A DNA stretch of 64,000 bases from Eledone cirrhosa (lineage: Eukaryota): the NCBI GenBank assembly GCA_964016885.1, contig CAXHJY010000489.1, forward strand, positions 124,001 through 188,000. The letters run 5' to 3'. The notes under the pieces were generated by a model. That model saw only the letters and a program-made list of their open reading frames with translations, was not told the origin of the DNA and did not search any database. The translations under genes and the position numbers were made by a program. Of this stretch, positions 34,736 to 47,109 are shown in pieces (the stretch's first letter is position 1; each line of letters starts with the position of its first letter).

Positions 34736-37700
34736 TCATCATCATCATCATCATCGTCATCGTTTAACGTCTATCTTCCACGCTAGCATGGGTTTAGACG
34801 GGAATGTCTCACTTGAGACAAGATTGGTTGTCTTGCTCGTATAGGACGGTCTGGCAGGTTTTCTACGGCTGGATGCCCTTCCTAACACCAATCACGTTTA
34901 CAGTGTGGGCTGGGAGGTTTTTACCGTGTTACCTACACGGCCACATTACAGCGTGGACTGTGTGTTTTTTTGTCGTGACACCTACACGACCTCATTTATT
35001 TAGGACTGGATGTTGTGGTACCAACATAACTTTACAGCGATAGGTATGGTGTAGATGGGGGTTGGGGTAGTGGGATGGGTGTGTATTTTTGGTTAAGAGG
35101 TGCCTACTGACTGTAGGTTTCGCTTTGAACTTAGGCAAGGCGGTCTTCTGTATTACTGCGTAGCGCCAAAGATCACGGTCCAGTGACATTGTCTTGGAGT
35201 GGTGTAAGTGTGTAAGGTCGGAATTTATCAAATCGTCCAAGGTTTTTCTGAGTCTGCCTACTCCGTAGTTACCTTCTATTTTGATCGTCCTGCACTTTTT
35301 TATACAGCTGTCGTCTTTCATGCGCATCACGTGACCATACCAACGTAGTCTTCTCTCGAGTAAACAGCATCTGATCCCTCTTATTCCTAATTTCTCACTT
35401 AGTTCATTTATGCTTTGCGGTTCACATATTACACATCCAACGGAGCATGCATGCTTCGTTCCTCTTCAGTCTGCGCAGATCCTCTGCACACAATGCCCAT
35501 GTCTCACTGCCATGTAACATTGCTGTTCGTATGCAGGCATCATACAATCTGCCTTTCATTTTTAGAGAGAAACCTTCAGCGGCCAATAGTGGTATAAGCT
35601 CTCTGAACTTTTTCCATCCCGTTCTGACTCTAGCTACAGTACTTTCAGATCACCCACCACCACTCTGATTTTGTCACCCAGGTAACGGAAGGTGTTCACT
35701 ATTTCTATAGAACCATCTGGGCAATGGAAGGAGCTAGTATCCTGTGGGAACTTGCTACTACTTATTGCACCTGAGCACCGGCCACATATAAAATCTATGT
35801 TCTTAGTTAGCTTACCTGTGATCCCACTACATCTTTTATGCACCCATACTTTGCATTTGGGACATAAAATGGAGTTTCTGCCTACTCCTTTCCTACACAC
35901 TGAGCATGGCCATTTCCCAGAGGGGACCAGTGCCCTATGTTCCTTCCTACATACTAGAACTTTAGTCTCAGACAAGTTAACTTTAAGGCCTTTTGATTCT
36001 AGGCCATGCTTCCATGTTTGGAATTTCTTCTCTAGTTCAGCCATTGATTCAGCTATGAGCGTTAGATCATCTGCGTATAGAAGTTCTCATGGGCAGCCGG
36101 TCTTGAACTCCTCTGTTATAGCCTGAAGGGCAATAATAAATTAGAGGGGGCTAAGGACAGAGCCCTGATGAACACCAACTTTTACGCTAAACTCTTCACT
36201 ATATTCATTGTTAATTCTAACCTTGCTGACCGTTTTTTTATACATGGCTTGTATAGTTCTCACAAGCTATTCATCAATACCTAGTTTTCTGAGGGCCCAC
36301 CAGATAATGGAGCGGGGGACTTTTTCCAAGTCGACAAGAGCTAAGTATAGGTGTTTACTTTTAGATAGGTACTTCTCCTGTAGTTGTCATACAAGGAAAA
36401 GAGCGTCTGTGGTACTTTTACCTGACACAAACCCAAACTGCATTTCGTCTAGATCAATTCGTTCTCTGATTAGTTGTGCTATTACTCTTTCTGTGACCTT
36501 CATGACCTGGTCAATTAATTTAATGCCTCTATAGTTTCCCCTATCTAGGGCATCTCCTTTACCGTTGTAGCAGGTAATGATGCTGCTGCTACGCCAGTTT
36601 TTTGGTATGACTCCATTCTATTACTTGGTTTACTATCTGGTTGACCATAGTATGTCCCACCATTCCAGATGCTTTCAACATCACAGCAACTATCTCCGAA
36701 GGCCCACCTGCCTTGCCTGTCTTCATATCTTTGATTCCCTTACTTATTACACTACCTTCAACTTGCACTGCTGGTCCCTCTATTGGATCGATGTGGGGCA
36801 GATTATCTTTTTCCTATTTATTCTCTTCATTTAGAAGCCTCTCGTAGTGACACTTCCAAGCTACCTTCTTATCAGCGTCAATGATGGCAAGTACACCATC
36901 GTCATTACGGACACACTTCTCCCCAACAATATCACGATTTTCCTTGACACATTTCATAGCAATCCTGAATACCTCACGTTTTTGGTCCTCGCGTTGTAGA
37001 ACATGCTTGAACTTTCTTTCCTCTGCTTCCCTTCTTGCGAAGTACACTTGTCTCCTAGCTTCCCTCTTGGCCACTTGATAGTGTTCTCTACTTCCCTCAT
37101 CCCGCCATACTTTCCAAGCCTGCTTTTTGGCCTTGATTGACTCCTCCACCTTACTGTTCCACCACCAAGTTACTCTCCTCCTGCCTATAGGTCTGCTCCA
37201 GCTACAGATTTCATCTGTCGCCTTCAGCAGGTTAACTTTCAGGAATTTCCACTGTTCCTCTATATTGTACGACCATAATTGCTCTTCCTTACTGTCAAAA
37301 GCATCAAGTAATTTGCTTTTAAATTTATTTCTGGCTGTGGGGTCCTTTGACTTCCATATTCTTCTCCTTAGGGTAGTCCTCCTTTGTTGTCGAGTACGTC
37401 TCGTCCTGACTATGAGGTTGCTAACTATGAGGCTATGTTGGGAGGGGCATTCTTCACGGGGGAGGGATTTAGTTATTACAACAGACACTCTGTCACGTCT
37501 TCTAGTAAGGATATAATCTATCTGACTGGCGTGTTCCCCTGATCTATAGGTGATCAAGTGATTGTCTCGTTTTTTTAAGTTTGTATTACAGATAACTTCT
37601 TGTTACAGATAGTTAGGTTATTCGTGTCACAGAATTCCAGGATTCCTCATTTCTAGTACCAAACCCATGGCCTCCATGGATTCGGTCATAGCCGTCACAA

Positions 37701-38480
37701 TGTTGTCCAACGTGACCATTTAGGTCGCCAGCAATAATTATGTAGTCACTGTCGGTTATTTGGGAGGTAGTGAGCATTAGCGACTCATAGAATCTGTCTT
37801 TTATAACGCCAGGCAGTCCGGATTGGGGTGCATACGTGGATATTATTGTCACAGTAGTTCTATTTAGGACAAGTCTTATTTTAATTATTCTGTCGTTCAC
37901 TCTAGTTACGCCTATTATCTTATCTACCCATTTTTCTGCTAGCATGATTCCTACTCCACCCAGCCCATTGTCATTTCCCACCCAGAAAAGTTTATAGCAT
38001 CGTTTTTTACCCACAATGAATCTAGCAGACCCTCCCCTCCACCTGGTCTCTTGAATACAGCAAACATCAACTTCCTTACGTTCAAGCATCTCTACAACCT
38101 CGTTAGAGCGACCTTTTAAGGTGCCTACATTCATGGTACCAACTCTGAAGTTTTGGATTGCGTTTGGTGGGTGAGAAGGATGGGTTGGAGGGGTGAGGGA
38201 GATGTGGTTATGTTAGCCATCCGCGGCCGAAATAAAGAGGAGTCCTTGCATTCTCGTCCGGCAACATGAGGTGAATTTGTCTTTATCTTTGGCATTATCA
38301 TTGAGTGTCCAGATCTTTCAGACACTCCAGAATTCCATAGTCCATCTAGCATATCGAAAAGCAACCAGGTTTAAACTTAAGAAGTGATATTATAAGCCGC
38401 TGAATTATGATTAGACAAATAATAATGGTGGCGAGTGGGGGCGGGAGGGGTCTGGGGGAGTTAGCGAGAAGGTTATTTTA
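34736..38480 (-). mobile_element. RTE family B, near full length, frameshifted
   Basis: APE 37613-38134 and 36814-37557; RT and finger fragments 35634-36044 and 34992-35330; (GAT)n tail. Confidence 0.96.
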
Positions 38481-38810
38481 TAATAATATAATCCTAGAAT
38501 TTCGGCCATAATTAAATGAGCATATAACAGTAATAAGAGTAAGTGTTAAAATCCAAGTAGAAGATCGTTTTCGGGGGTCTAACAGAATTATGGGATTTTA
38601 AAATACAAGAAGATTGTTTTGAACAATCAGACAGAAATATCGAATAGCATTGAAAATAAAAGATTGGATTCTGGACGAAATAATACAGACAGATGAATGG
38701 ACTAGGGAACATGGAGAGACGAGAAAAAAATAGGATGAGTACATGACATTCCACAAAAGAGCGAGCGAGAGATGTAGCCAAGAATAAGGGATATATACAT
38801 GCATACATAC

Positions 38811-38865
<55 letters not shown>

Positions 38866-38903
38866 TATATACATACATGCATACATACATACGTATATAT
38901 ATA

Positions 38904-39591
38904 CCCCTAAGCGGCCACCTGGCAACATGTGGTCAGGGAATATTTATAATATTCCCATTCTACAAATTACACAGCCCAAGTGAAATCAAGAGAAAAATCA
39001 AAGAAAAGAATTTTATTGATAAATTCAAACCCAAGCTAAATGAACAATAATAACGCCTAGGGGTATTACTTCTACTACCACTATGACCACGACCACTAAC
39101 AACAACAACAACAACAACAACAATAATAATAATAATAATAATAAAAGTGATGTTGATGGTGATGATTAATAGAAAATGCTATTTTCATCATTTCAAAAAG
39201 CAAAACAATTGATACGTTGGGTATGACCATTGGTCGTTAGCATGCTCAACCAGCCGTGACGCTTAAACCAATCAGCTGTAGTAATTCAGTGAAACTACAC
39301 ACTGATTGGTCGAAATACAGTTTACAGGGCTTTGCATTCTGGAGCCACTTTTCTCTGTATAAAATGTATAAAAGGTAGTAAATTTACACATCTCATTACA
39401 GTTGAAAATTGCAAACTCGACTGTCACCACATATCATGAACCTGAAGATTGCGAAAGCATGAAAGTACTTGTTCAATCAACACTTAGAATTTAATATTCT
39501 ATCATACTATTTCATTATAATACCATATTATATATATTTTAAAGGATTGTAAATAAAACGAGTAAATCAGACAAAGTTGGAATTCCTCTTA

Positions 39592-39597
<6 letters not shown>
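38904..39597 (+). mobile_element. 5'-truncated PLE (GIY-YIG C-terminus + 3' pLTR) inserted in (TA)n
   Basis: 38904-39050 encodes [22 protein letters not shown]...RKIKEKNFIDKFKPKLN; HHR downstream. Confidence 0.82.
39437..39475 (+). ncRNA. Type I minimal hammerhead ribozyme
   Basis: TGAAC-CTGAAGA-tTGCgaaaGCAt-GAAA-GTAC-TT-GTTCA; palindromic AAGTACTT helix III. Confidence 0.85.
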
Positions 39598-39639
<42 letters not shown>

Positions 39640-39656
39640 CATGCATACATACATAC

Positions 39657-39709
<53 letters not shown>

Positions 39710-40349
39710 ATATACATACATGCATACATACATACGTGTATATATATATATATATATATACATACATGCATACATACATACGTATATATATACATACATG
39801 CATACATATATGTATACATATGTGTACACAAACATGCATATATACATATATACATACAAACATGCATACAAACATACATACATGGTAACATAGATATATA
39901 CATACATACATACATACATTCAGATAAGTATTAAAACGTGTATATACATGTAAGGGATGGATGAGGCAGTCTGTGACTAACTGTAGTTCTGGTAGTAATT
40001 CCATGTAGCTTCTTTGTCATATAATGAATGGAAAAAAAAACAAATTTGTTAAAAATTTATTAAAAAAATAAAACAAAATACCCCCCTTCCCCATGCTGCT
40101 GTTACCATAACGATCTTCATTTGTAAAAATAAAGATTCCGTATTTTATGTAAAATAATGGAAAATAAATAGACAAAGGGATTTTTTTATATTATTATTAT
40201 ACTTGTATATAATTAATTTTAGGAAGAAACACCCGGAAATTTAAGTTTAGGTGTGAACTAAGATAATTAAATCAATATGTTGTCTGAAACATTCTCATTA
40301 GGACTCCATAGGGTTAGGTGAGAGAATTCTTAACTCTTTTATTACCATT

Positions 40350-40620
40350 ATCGTCGTTTAACATCCATTTTTCTTCCACGCTAGCATGGATTGGACGAGT
40401 TGTCTTGTTGTGAGACAAGCCAAGTCAGATAACCATGTCTTGCTCATACAGAACTTTCTGGCTTGGTTTTTACAGCTGGATACCCTTCCTAATGCCAACA
40501 ACATTTACAGTGTGTACTGGGTGCCTTTTGTCATGACATCTACACAACCACTTCACAGTGTGGACTGGGTAACTTTTATCATGACATCTACATGACTGTG
40601 TTACAGTGTGTGCTTTTTGT

Positions 40621-40622
<2 letters not shown>
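40350..40622 (-). mobile_element. RTE-tail SINE module
   Basis: cgtttaacatcc..ccacgctagcatgg..ctggatacccttcctaat plus 45-bp repeats. Confidence 0.8.
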
Positions 40623-40667
<45 letters not shown>

Positions 40668-41000
40668 CTGACTGAATACACTCATTTTTTTCTCAAAATA
40701 TTATTTTTTTACCCTTTCTTCCTCTTCTCACTCTCTCTTTCTATTTTATCTTTTATTTCTCATTCTATATTCTGATGAAAGACTTGTGCCCAAAACGTAA
40801 AGACTCTTTTTCTACAATATCAAGCATTAATCTAATATAATTCTTCATTGTACTGTGTTGTTTGTTTTATTGCTTCCATTTACTTTTTACACACACACAC
40901 ATATATAGTGATAAACATAAAGATGAAAATCCATAGAGGACTCGATAAGTATTGTATATATATAAATATATATAAACACAGAGCAAATATTTATTATTAG

Positions 41001-41123
41001 TACAGATTAAAAGTTTAAGCAATGAATTTCTGCTTTCACCCAAAGCAGGATCACCTGAAACTGTTTTAGATGATTCTAGTTAGGGTGAAAGCAGAAATTA
41101 TTTGCTTAAACTTTTAATCTGTA
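41001..41123. ncRNA. Back-to-back inverted pair of A4-variant hammerhead-like motifs
   Basis: Minus 41012-41062 has core CAGGTGA; plus 41063-41111 has core TAGATGA. Both continue GGGT-GAAA-GCAG...TTGC-TT-AAAC. Confidence 0.55.
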
Positions 41124-41144
41124 TTAATTATATATATATATATT

Positions 41145-41610
41145 GGCTGTGTTGAATGTGTGTGTATGTATGTATTTATATATATACGACTACAATAACA
41201 ACATCAACACCATTGTCTGCAGCAACAGCAGCAGTGAAATGAAGAAGAAGAAGAACAACAACAACAGCGACAACAACAACAACGACAACAACAGCAACAA
41301 CACCATTGTCTGTGTTTAATGTGTGTGTATGTATGTATTTATATATATGCGACTACAATAACAGCATCAACACCATTGTCTGCAGCATCAGTGAAATGAA
41401 GAACAACAACAACGGCAGCAGCAGCAACAACAACAACAACAACAGCAACAACAACAACAACAACAGCAACAACAACAACAGCAACAGCAGCAGCAACTAC
41501 AATAACAACTACAGCAACAACAACTGCCACCACCATCACTGACCATCCACCACCACCATCACCATACTGACACCATCCACCACCATTCACCACCACCACC
41601 ACCACCATTA
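41145..41610. repeat. Duplicated ~160-bp unit with (CAA/CAG)n and (CAC)n tracts
   Basis: gactacaataaca.catcaacaccattgtctgcagca occurs twice. Confidence 0.85.
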
Positions 41611-41899
41611 CCAGCGTAAAGCAAACAATTATTATTATTATTATATAAAAACTGAACTGGACTCGGAAAAGTCAACAGTTGACATGATTTTGATTTTGTA
41701 TCAGTACTGCCGGTAATATATATATATATATATGTGTGTTTGTGAGTGGTGTGTGTGTTGTATGCATGAATGAGTGTTGGTATGTGAGTGGCGTGTGTGT
41801 TTGTGGTTTCTATGCATGAGTGTTGGTGTGTGAGTGTGTGTGTGTGTGTGTGTGTCGTGTCAATAAGTGGGGGGTTTTTTGGAGGGGGGGGGGGGGGGG

Positions 41900-44800
41900 G
41901 TTAATGACCATGCTGAAAAATGGAGGGATAGAGAGGGCCCTTGAGTCTAGTAAGACATCCTCTCTAGTGCTGGTGGCACAAATAAAAGCACCCAGTCCAT
42001 GCTGTGAAGTGGCGCTGGTGTTAGGAAGGGCATCCAACCAGTGTATCAATGCCAAAACGCTTATCAGCACAGCAACAAATAGGAACAACAACAAAATATG
42101 AAGACGTCGCATCTCAGAATTGCAACACTTAATGTTGGTACTCTCACACGTAGATCTGCTGAAATAGCGGAGATGCTGGAGAGAAGGCATGTGGATGTGT
42201 GCTTCGTGCAAGAGGTGAGATGGAGAGGTGCCTCTGCGAGACTAGTCGTAGGCAAACGTCTTAGCTATAAGCTATTCTGGGTAGGTAAGGATGATGGGTT
42301 AGAGGGAGTAGGCATTTTCCTGGCTGAGAAATGGATCAATAAGACAATAGAGGTAGTTCGAGTTAGTAATCGAATAATTAAGCTTAGATTAGTTGTAGGC
42401 AGGAGACTACTGACAATCATCTCGGCCTATGCTCCTCAAGCAGGCCTAGGCAAAGATGAGAAAGACTGCTTTTACGAGCAACTTTTACAAACAACCGCAA
42501 TGACAGAGGACGGAGACATCGTTATGCTAGCAGGAGACTTCAATGGTCATGTTGGACAGCTCCAGGATGGTTACACTGGGGTACATGGTGGACACGGTTA
42601 CGGCTCAAGAAATGAAGAAGGAGTGAGACTTCTTGAATTTTGTGATGCAGGTACATTGACTATTTGCAACACAAACTTCCAGAAACCTGCCAATCACCTA
42701 ATAACCTACAAATCTGGTGAGCACATAAGCCAGATTGACTTCTTACTAGTTAGGCAGCGGGACAGGAAGATAGTGTCTAATACCAAGGCATACCCTGGGG
42801 AAGAATGTACCCCACAGTAGGTTAGTCGTTAGTGATATCTCAGTAAGCAAGAGATGGAATGAGACATACAGGAAGGTGTGGAGAAGAAAGGTCTGGAAGC
42901 TAAAAAACCTTTCACTAAAATACAAATTTAGGAAAGCCCTTCAAGATGTATATGACGAAAAAGAAGACGATTTAGAGACGTATGACATAGATAATAACTG
43001 GAATTTCTTACGTGACAACTTGCTGCAGGCTACTGATGAAACTTGTGGCTGGAGCAGGGCTCCAACCAGACAGAGAGTGACCTGGTGGTGGAACAACACA
43101 GTAGATAAGGCCATTAGAGACAAAAGACTAGCATGGAAGGCTTGGAAAAAGGGTGGGAGTAGGGAAGAATATACAGCCACTAAGAGAGAAGCTAGACGTC
43201 AGGTGTACTTAGCACGCAGGGAGGCGGAGAGTAGGAGGTTTGCCAATGTTCTGCGACGGGAAGATCAGAGGCGTGTGGTGTTCCACATTGCAAGGCAGTG
43301 TGTCAATGCAAATCAGGATGTTGTTGGAGATAAATGTGTCCGGGATGATGCCGGTGTACTTAGTGTAACGAATGATCAGAAAAAGGAGGCCTGTAAATGT
43401 CATTATGAGAGACTGATGAATGTGGAGAACGAATGGGAGAGAGAGAAATTACCCTCAGTAGATCCGACAGAGGGACCAGCTATTGAGATTGACGAATATA
43501 GGGTCCAAGAGGCGATTAAGGAAGTGAAAAATGGTAAGGCTGCTGGACAATAGGGAATAGTTGCTGAGATGCTGAAGGCATCAGGAAACGTAGGCACTAA
43601 ACTGGTTGCACGCATCATCAATCAGGCTATATATGGTGGTGTCATACCCAAAGACTGGTGCAGCAGTATTCTCATAAATTGCTACAAAGGTAAAGGGGAT
43701 GCTCTGGAGAGGAGCAATTATAGGGGTATGAAATTGATGGATCAGGTTATGAAAGTGGCAGAAAGGATATTAGCACAACTAATTAGAGAAAGGGTCAAAC
43801 TAGATGAGATGCAGTTTGGTTTTGTGCCTGGGAAGAGTACAACAGATGCCTTCTTCTTGGTGAGACAATTGCAAGAGAGGTTCTTAGAGAAAAATAAGCC
43901 ACTATACTTAGCCTTTGTTGACCTAGAGAAGACCTTTGATAGGGTACCCCGATCTGTCATCTGGTGGTCCCTAAGGAAACTAGGTGTAGAGGAATGTCTT
44001 GTGAGGACAGTGCAACCTTTGTACAGCGGTACTCTCAATAAATTCTGGGTAGGAATGGAGTTTAGTGAGGAATTCCAGATACAAGTAGGAGTACATCAAG
44101 GTTCGGTCCTCAGCCCGCTCTTGTTCATTATAGTCCTCCAAGCCATAACAGAGGAGTTGAAGACTGGCTGTCCATGGGAACTTCTCTATGCTGACGATCT
44201 GGTTCTTATAGCAAAATCAGTAGAGGAGCTAGAGAATAAATTCTGGCTATGGAAACAGCAGTTGGAAGCAAGAGGACTGAGAGTGAACCTAGCTAAGACA
44301 AAAGTGTTGATGAGTAGAAAAGAGGACAAAACTCTGATTCCGTCAGAGAAAAGGCCATGTTCGATATGCAGAAAAGGAACTGGCATAAATTCTATAAAAT
44401 GCACCCAATGCTGATCCTGGGTACACAAGAGATGTAGCGGGATAGCAGGCAAACTAACAGGTAGGGAGAAATATGTATGCAGTAGATGTACAGGAAAATT
44501 AGACAGTAGAAGTCGCATTGATAAACACATTTTTCAAATGCAGGAGGGTGCTATAGAAGTGGTGGATAGCTTCCGGTACCTTGGAGATCAGATTAGCATG
44601 GGAGGAGGGTGTTCCGAGGCCATAGTATGTAGAATAAGGATGGGTTGGAAGAAGTTTAGGGAGCTGTTTCCTCTGCTGACGAAGAAGAGTTTTGTCCCTG
44701 CGTACGAAAGGCCGGTTATATGATGCCTGTGTGAGGAGCGCGATGCTGCATGGTAGTGAGAGATGGGCAGCAACTGCAGAGGATATGCGACGGCTGGAGA

Positions 44801-45166
44801 GAAATGAGGCAAGCATGCTCCGTTGGATGTGCAGTGTCAATGTACGTGAACGACCCAGCATAAATGTGTTGAGAGAGAAACTGTGTCTGAGAGGGATAGA
44901 ATGTAGTGTACGGGAGAGGAGACTGAGGTGGTATGGACATGTGATGCGCATGGAGGATGACCGATGGGTGAAGAAGTGCCAGGAAATGCCAGTTGAAGGA
45001 AGTCGTGGTAGAGGTAGACCACGAAAAACATGGGCGGAGGTGGTGAGAACAGACCTCAGATCATTGAAGATCACTGTGGAAATGACGAAGGATCGTAATG
45101 AGTGGAGAGATACTGTGCTGAATAAGACCCGTCCCACCCTTGCAAGCAGGGAAAAACGGACGTAAA

Positions 45167-45197
<31 letters not shown>
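41900..45197 (+). mobile_element. RTE family A, near full length, several stops and frameshifts
   Basis: APE 42098-42820; RT 43569-44414 (YADD); C-terminus 44692-45165; (GAT)n tail. Confidence 0.96.
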
Positions 45198-45254
<57 letters not shown>

Positions 45255-45419
45255 TTGGGTTTGCAAGCATGTAGAAAAGGTGCTCAATATCTCATAGGCC
45301 TCCTTCAGTCACTAATGACCTTGTTTTACACCTGGAAAGTTTCTCTCCAAGGCACAAGCCTGGGTAAGGTGTGTTTTTGGAAGACCTGGAGTTGTCCATG
45401 CACACCTCCTCCTCTCCCC

Positions 45420-45590
45420 ATGACCGATATAGCTTGGCACCAGTGATGTCGCAACTCATTTCTACAGCTGAGTGAATTGAAGCAACATGAAATAAAGTGT
45501 TTTGCTCAAGAATACAATGCATCACCTGGGAATTGAACTCACAATCAGGAGTTTGTGAGTTCAATGCTCTAGCTGCTAAGCCATGCTATG
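45420..45590 (-). mobile_element. tRNA-derived SINE family 2 (CORE-like centre)
   Basis: Minus: tggcttagcagctagagc..gagttcaattcc..cttgagcaaaacactttatttca; matches 59470-59620. Confidence 0.75.
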
Positions 45591-45609
45591 CTCAATACCA
45601 AAGTAGAGA

Positions 45610-45760
45610 ATATTATACATTTTGGTTCTCAGTGCAAATCACGTCGAGAGTGGCTTTGTCTCTCATCCTTATGGAGTCGATAAAATAAAGTACCAGTAAT
45701 GCAATGGGGTTGATTTACTCCCCCACATCGCTAGCCTTGTGCCTATAGTATTATTATATT
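45610..45760 (+). mobile_element. Diverged SINE family 1
   Basis: catccttatggagtcgataaaataaagtaccagtaatgca. Confidence 0.75.
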
Positions 45761-46081
45761 GCTAAGATTACTCTCTGTTTGATAGGTTCCTGCTGATCAC
45801 AGGAGAGTAGCAACAGTAAACAATGTAATCTAATATATATTGAGGGAGAGAAGGAGTTAACTCTTATTCACATGTAGACCTATATGTATATTTATGCTCA
45901 AGAATCAAGTGCAATGCTTTCACACATAAATGCATATTTAAGTATACACACCAGTAAGTACATGCATAATTACACATGCATGCATTCACATACATACACA
46001 CGTGTGTATATACTTGCACAGACAGACACACACACAGTAAACAAATATTTAGATATAAACACATTACACATGCTTGTTTGC

Positions 46082-46139
<58 letters not shown>

Positions 46140-46148
46140 ATACATACA

Positions 46149-46199
<51 letters not shown>

Positions 46200-46203
46200 A
46201 TAT

Positions 46204-46243
<40 letters not shown>

Positions 46244-46277
46244 ATACACATATATATATATATATATGTGTGTGTAT

Positions 46278-46321
<44 letters not shown>

Positions 46322-46362
46322 ATATACATATATATATATACACGTATATATATATATATGTG

Positions 46363-46441
<79 letters not shown>

Positions 46442-46520
46442 ATATACATATATATATATATATATACATGTGTGTTCACATATGTATGTGTGTCTGCATG
46501 TGTGTGTGTGTGTGTGCACG
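46082..46520. repeat. Compound (TA)n/(TG)n microsatellite
   Basis: Direct; one of more than 25 (TA)n tracts in the window. Confidence 0.97.
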
Positions 46521-47109
46521 CGTGTGTGTATACATGCATACATAAACACACTTATCTTCGCAACAAAATTAATACAGCCTGGCGTGCCGAAAAATTCACA
46601 GAGATAAGATAGGTTTAAGCCTCATGCAAACCCTCTCCCCACACCCCACACTCACACACACACATATATATATATACATATATACATGCGTATAAACAAG
46701 CAAGCAGAGATGTGTACACATTAAAACATTTGCACAAATATCAGGTTATTTTGACATGGCGCACTTTCATGTTCACCCCTGAGTTCAAGATACTCAATGA
46801 TGATTGGTGAGAATTTAGAAAGTTTTCTTCCCCTTACTTATCTCAGACATAGAATAAATAAATGAATAAATAAATAAATGCATTATATTTGCTTATAATG
46901 TCGACACAGGCATTGCTTGACTGTTTAATACTTGCGATGATGGCAATAAAGGTGTGCCCATGGTCAGAAACAGACTGGTCATGCAAACATTTGGTCAATG
47001 GTGGACTGCTTGGCTGGGTTTTAAAAATATGAAAATAAAATAAAAAGCATCTAAAATAATGTTATGAAGAACTGAAGTTATAGCTGATACCTAAAGATTG
47101 AAATATAGA

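Noticed and set aside
40770-40803. ctgatga-aagacttgtgccc-aaaa-cgta HHR
   Set aside because: G12 is lost and helix II pairs poorly; at best a dead relic, so not listed as a feature.
45864-46612. YI/CV/HT-repeat ORFs here and at other microsatellites
   Set aside because: Translation artefacts of (TA)n/(CA)n.
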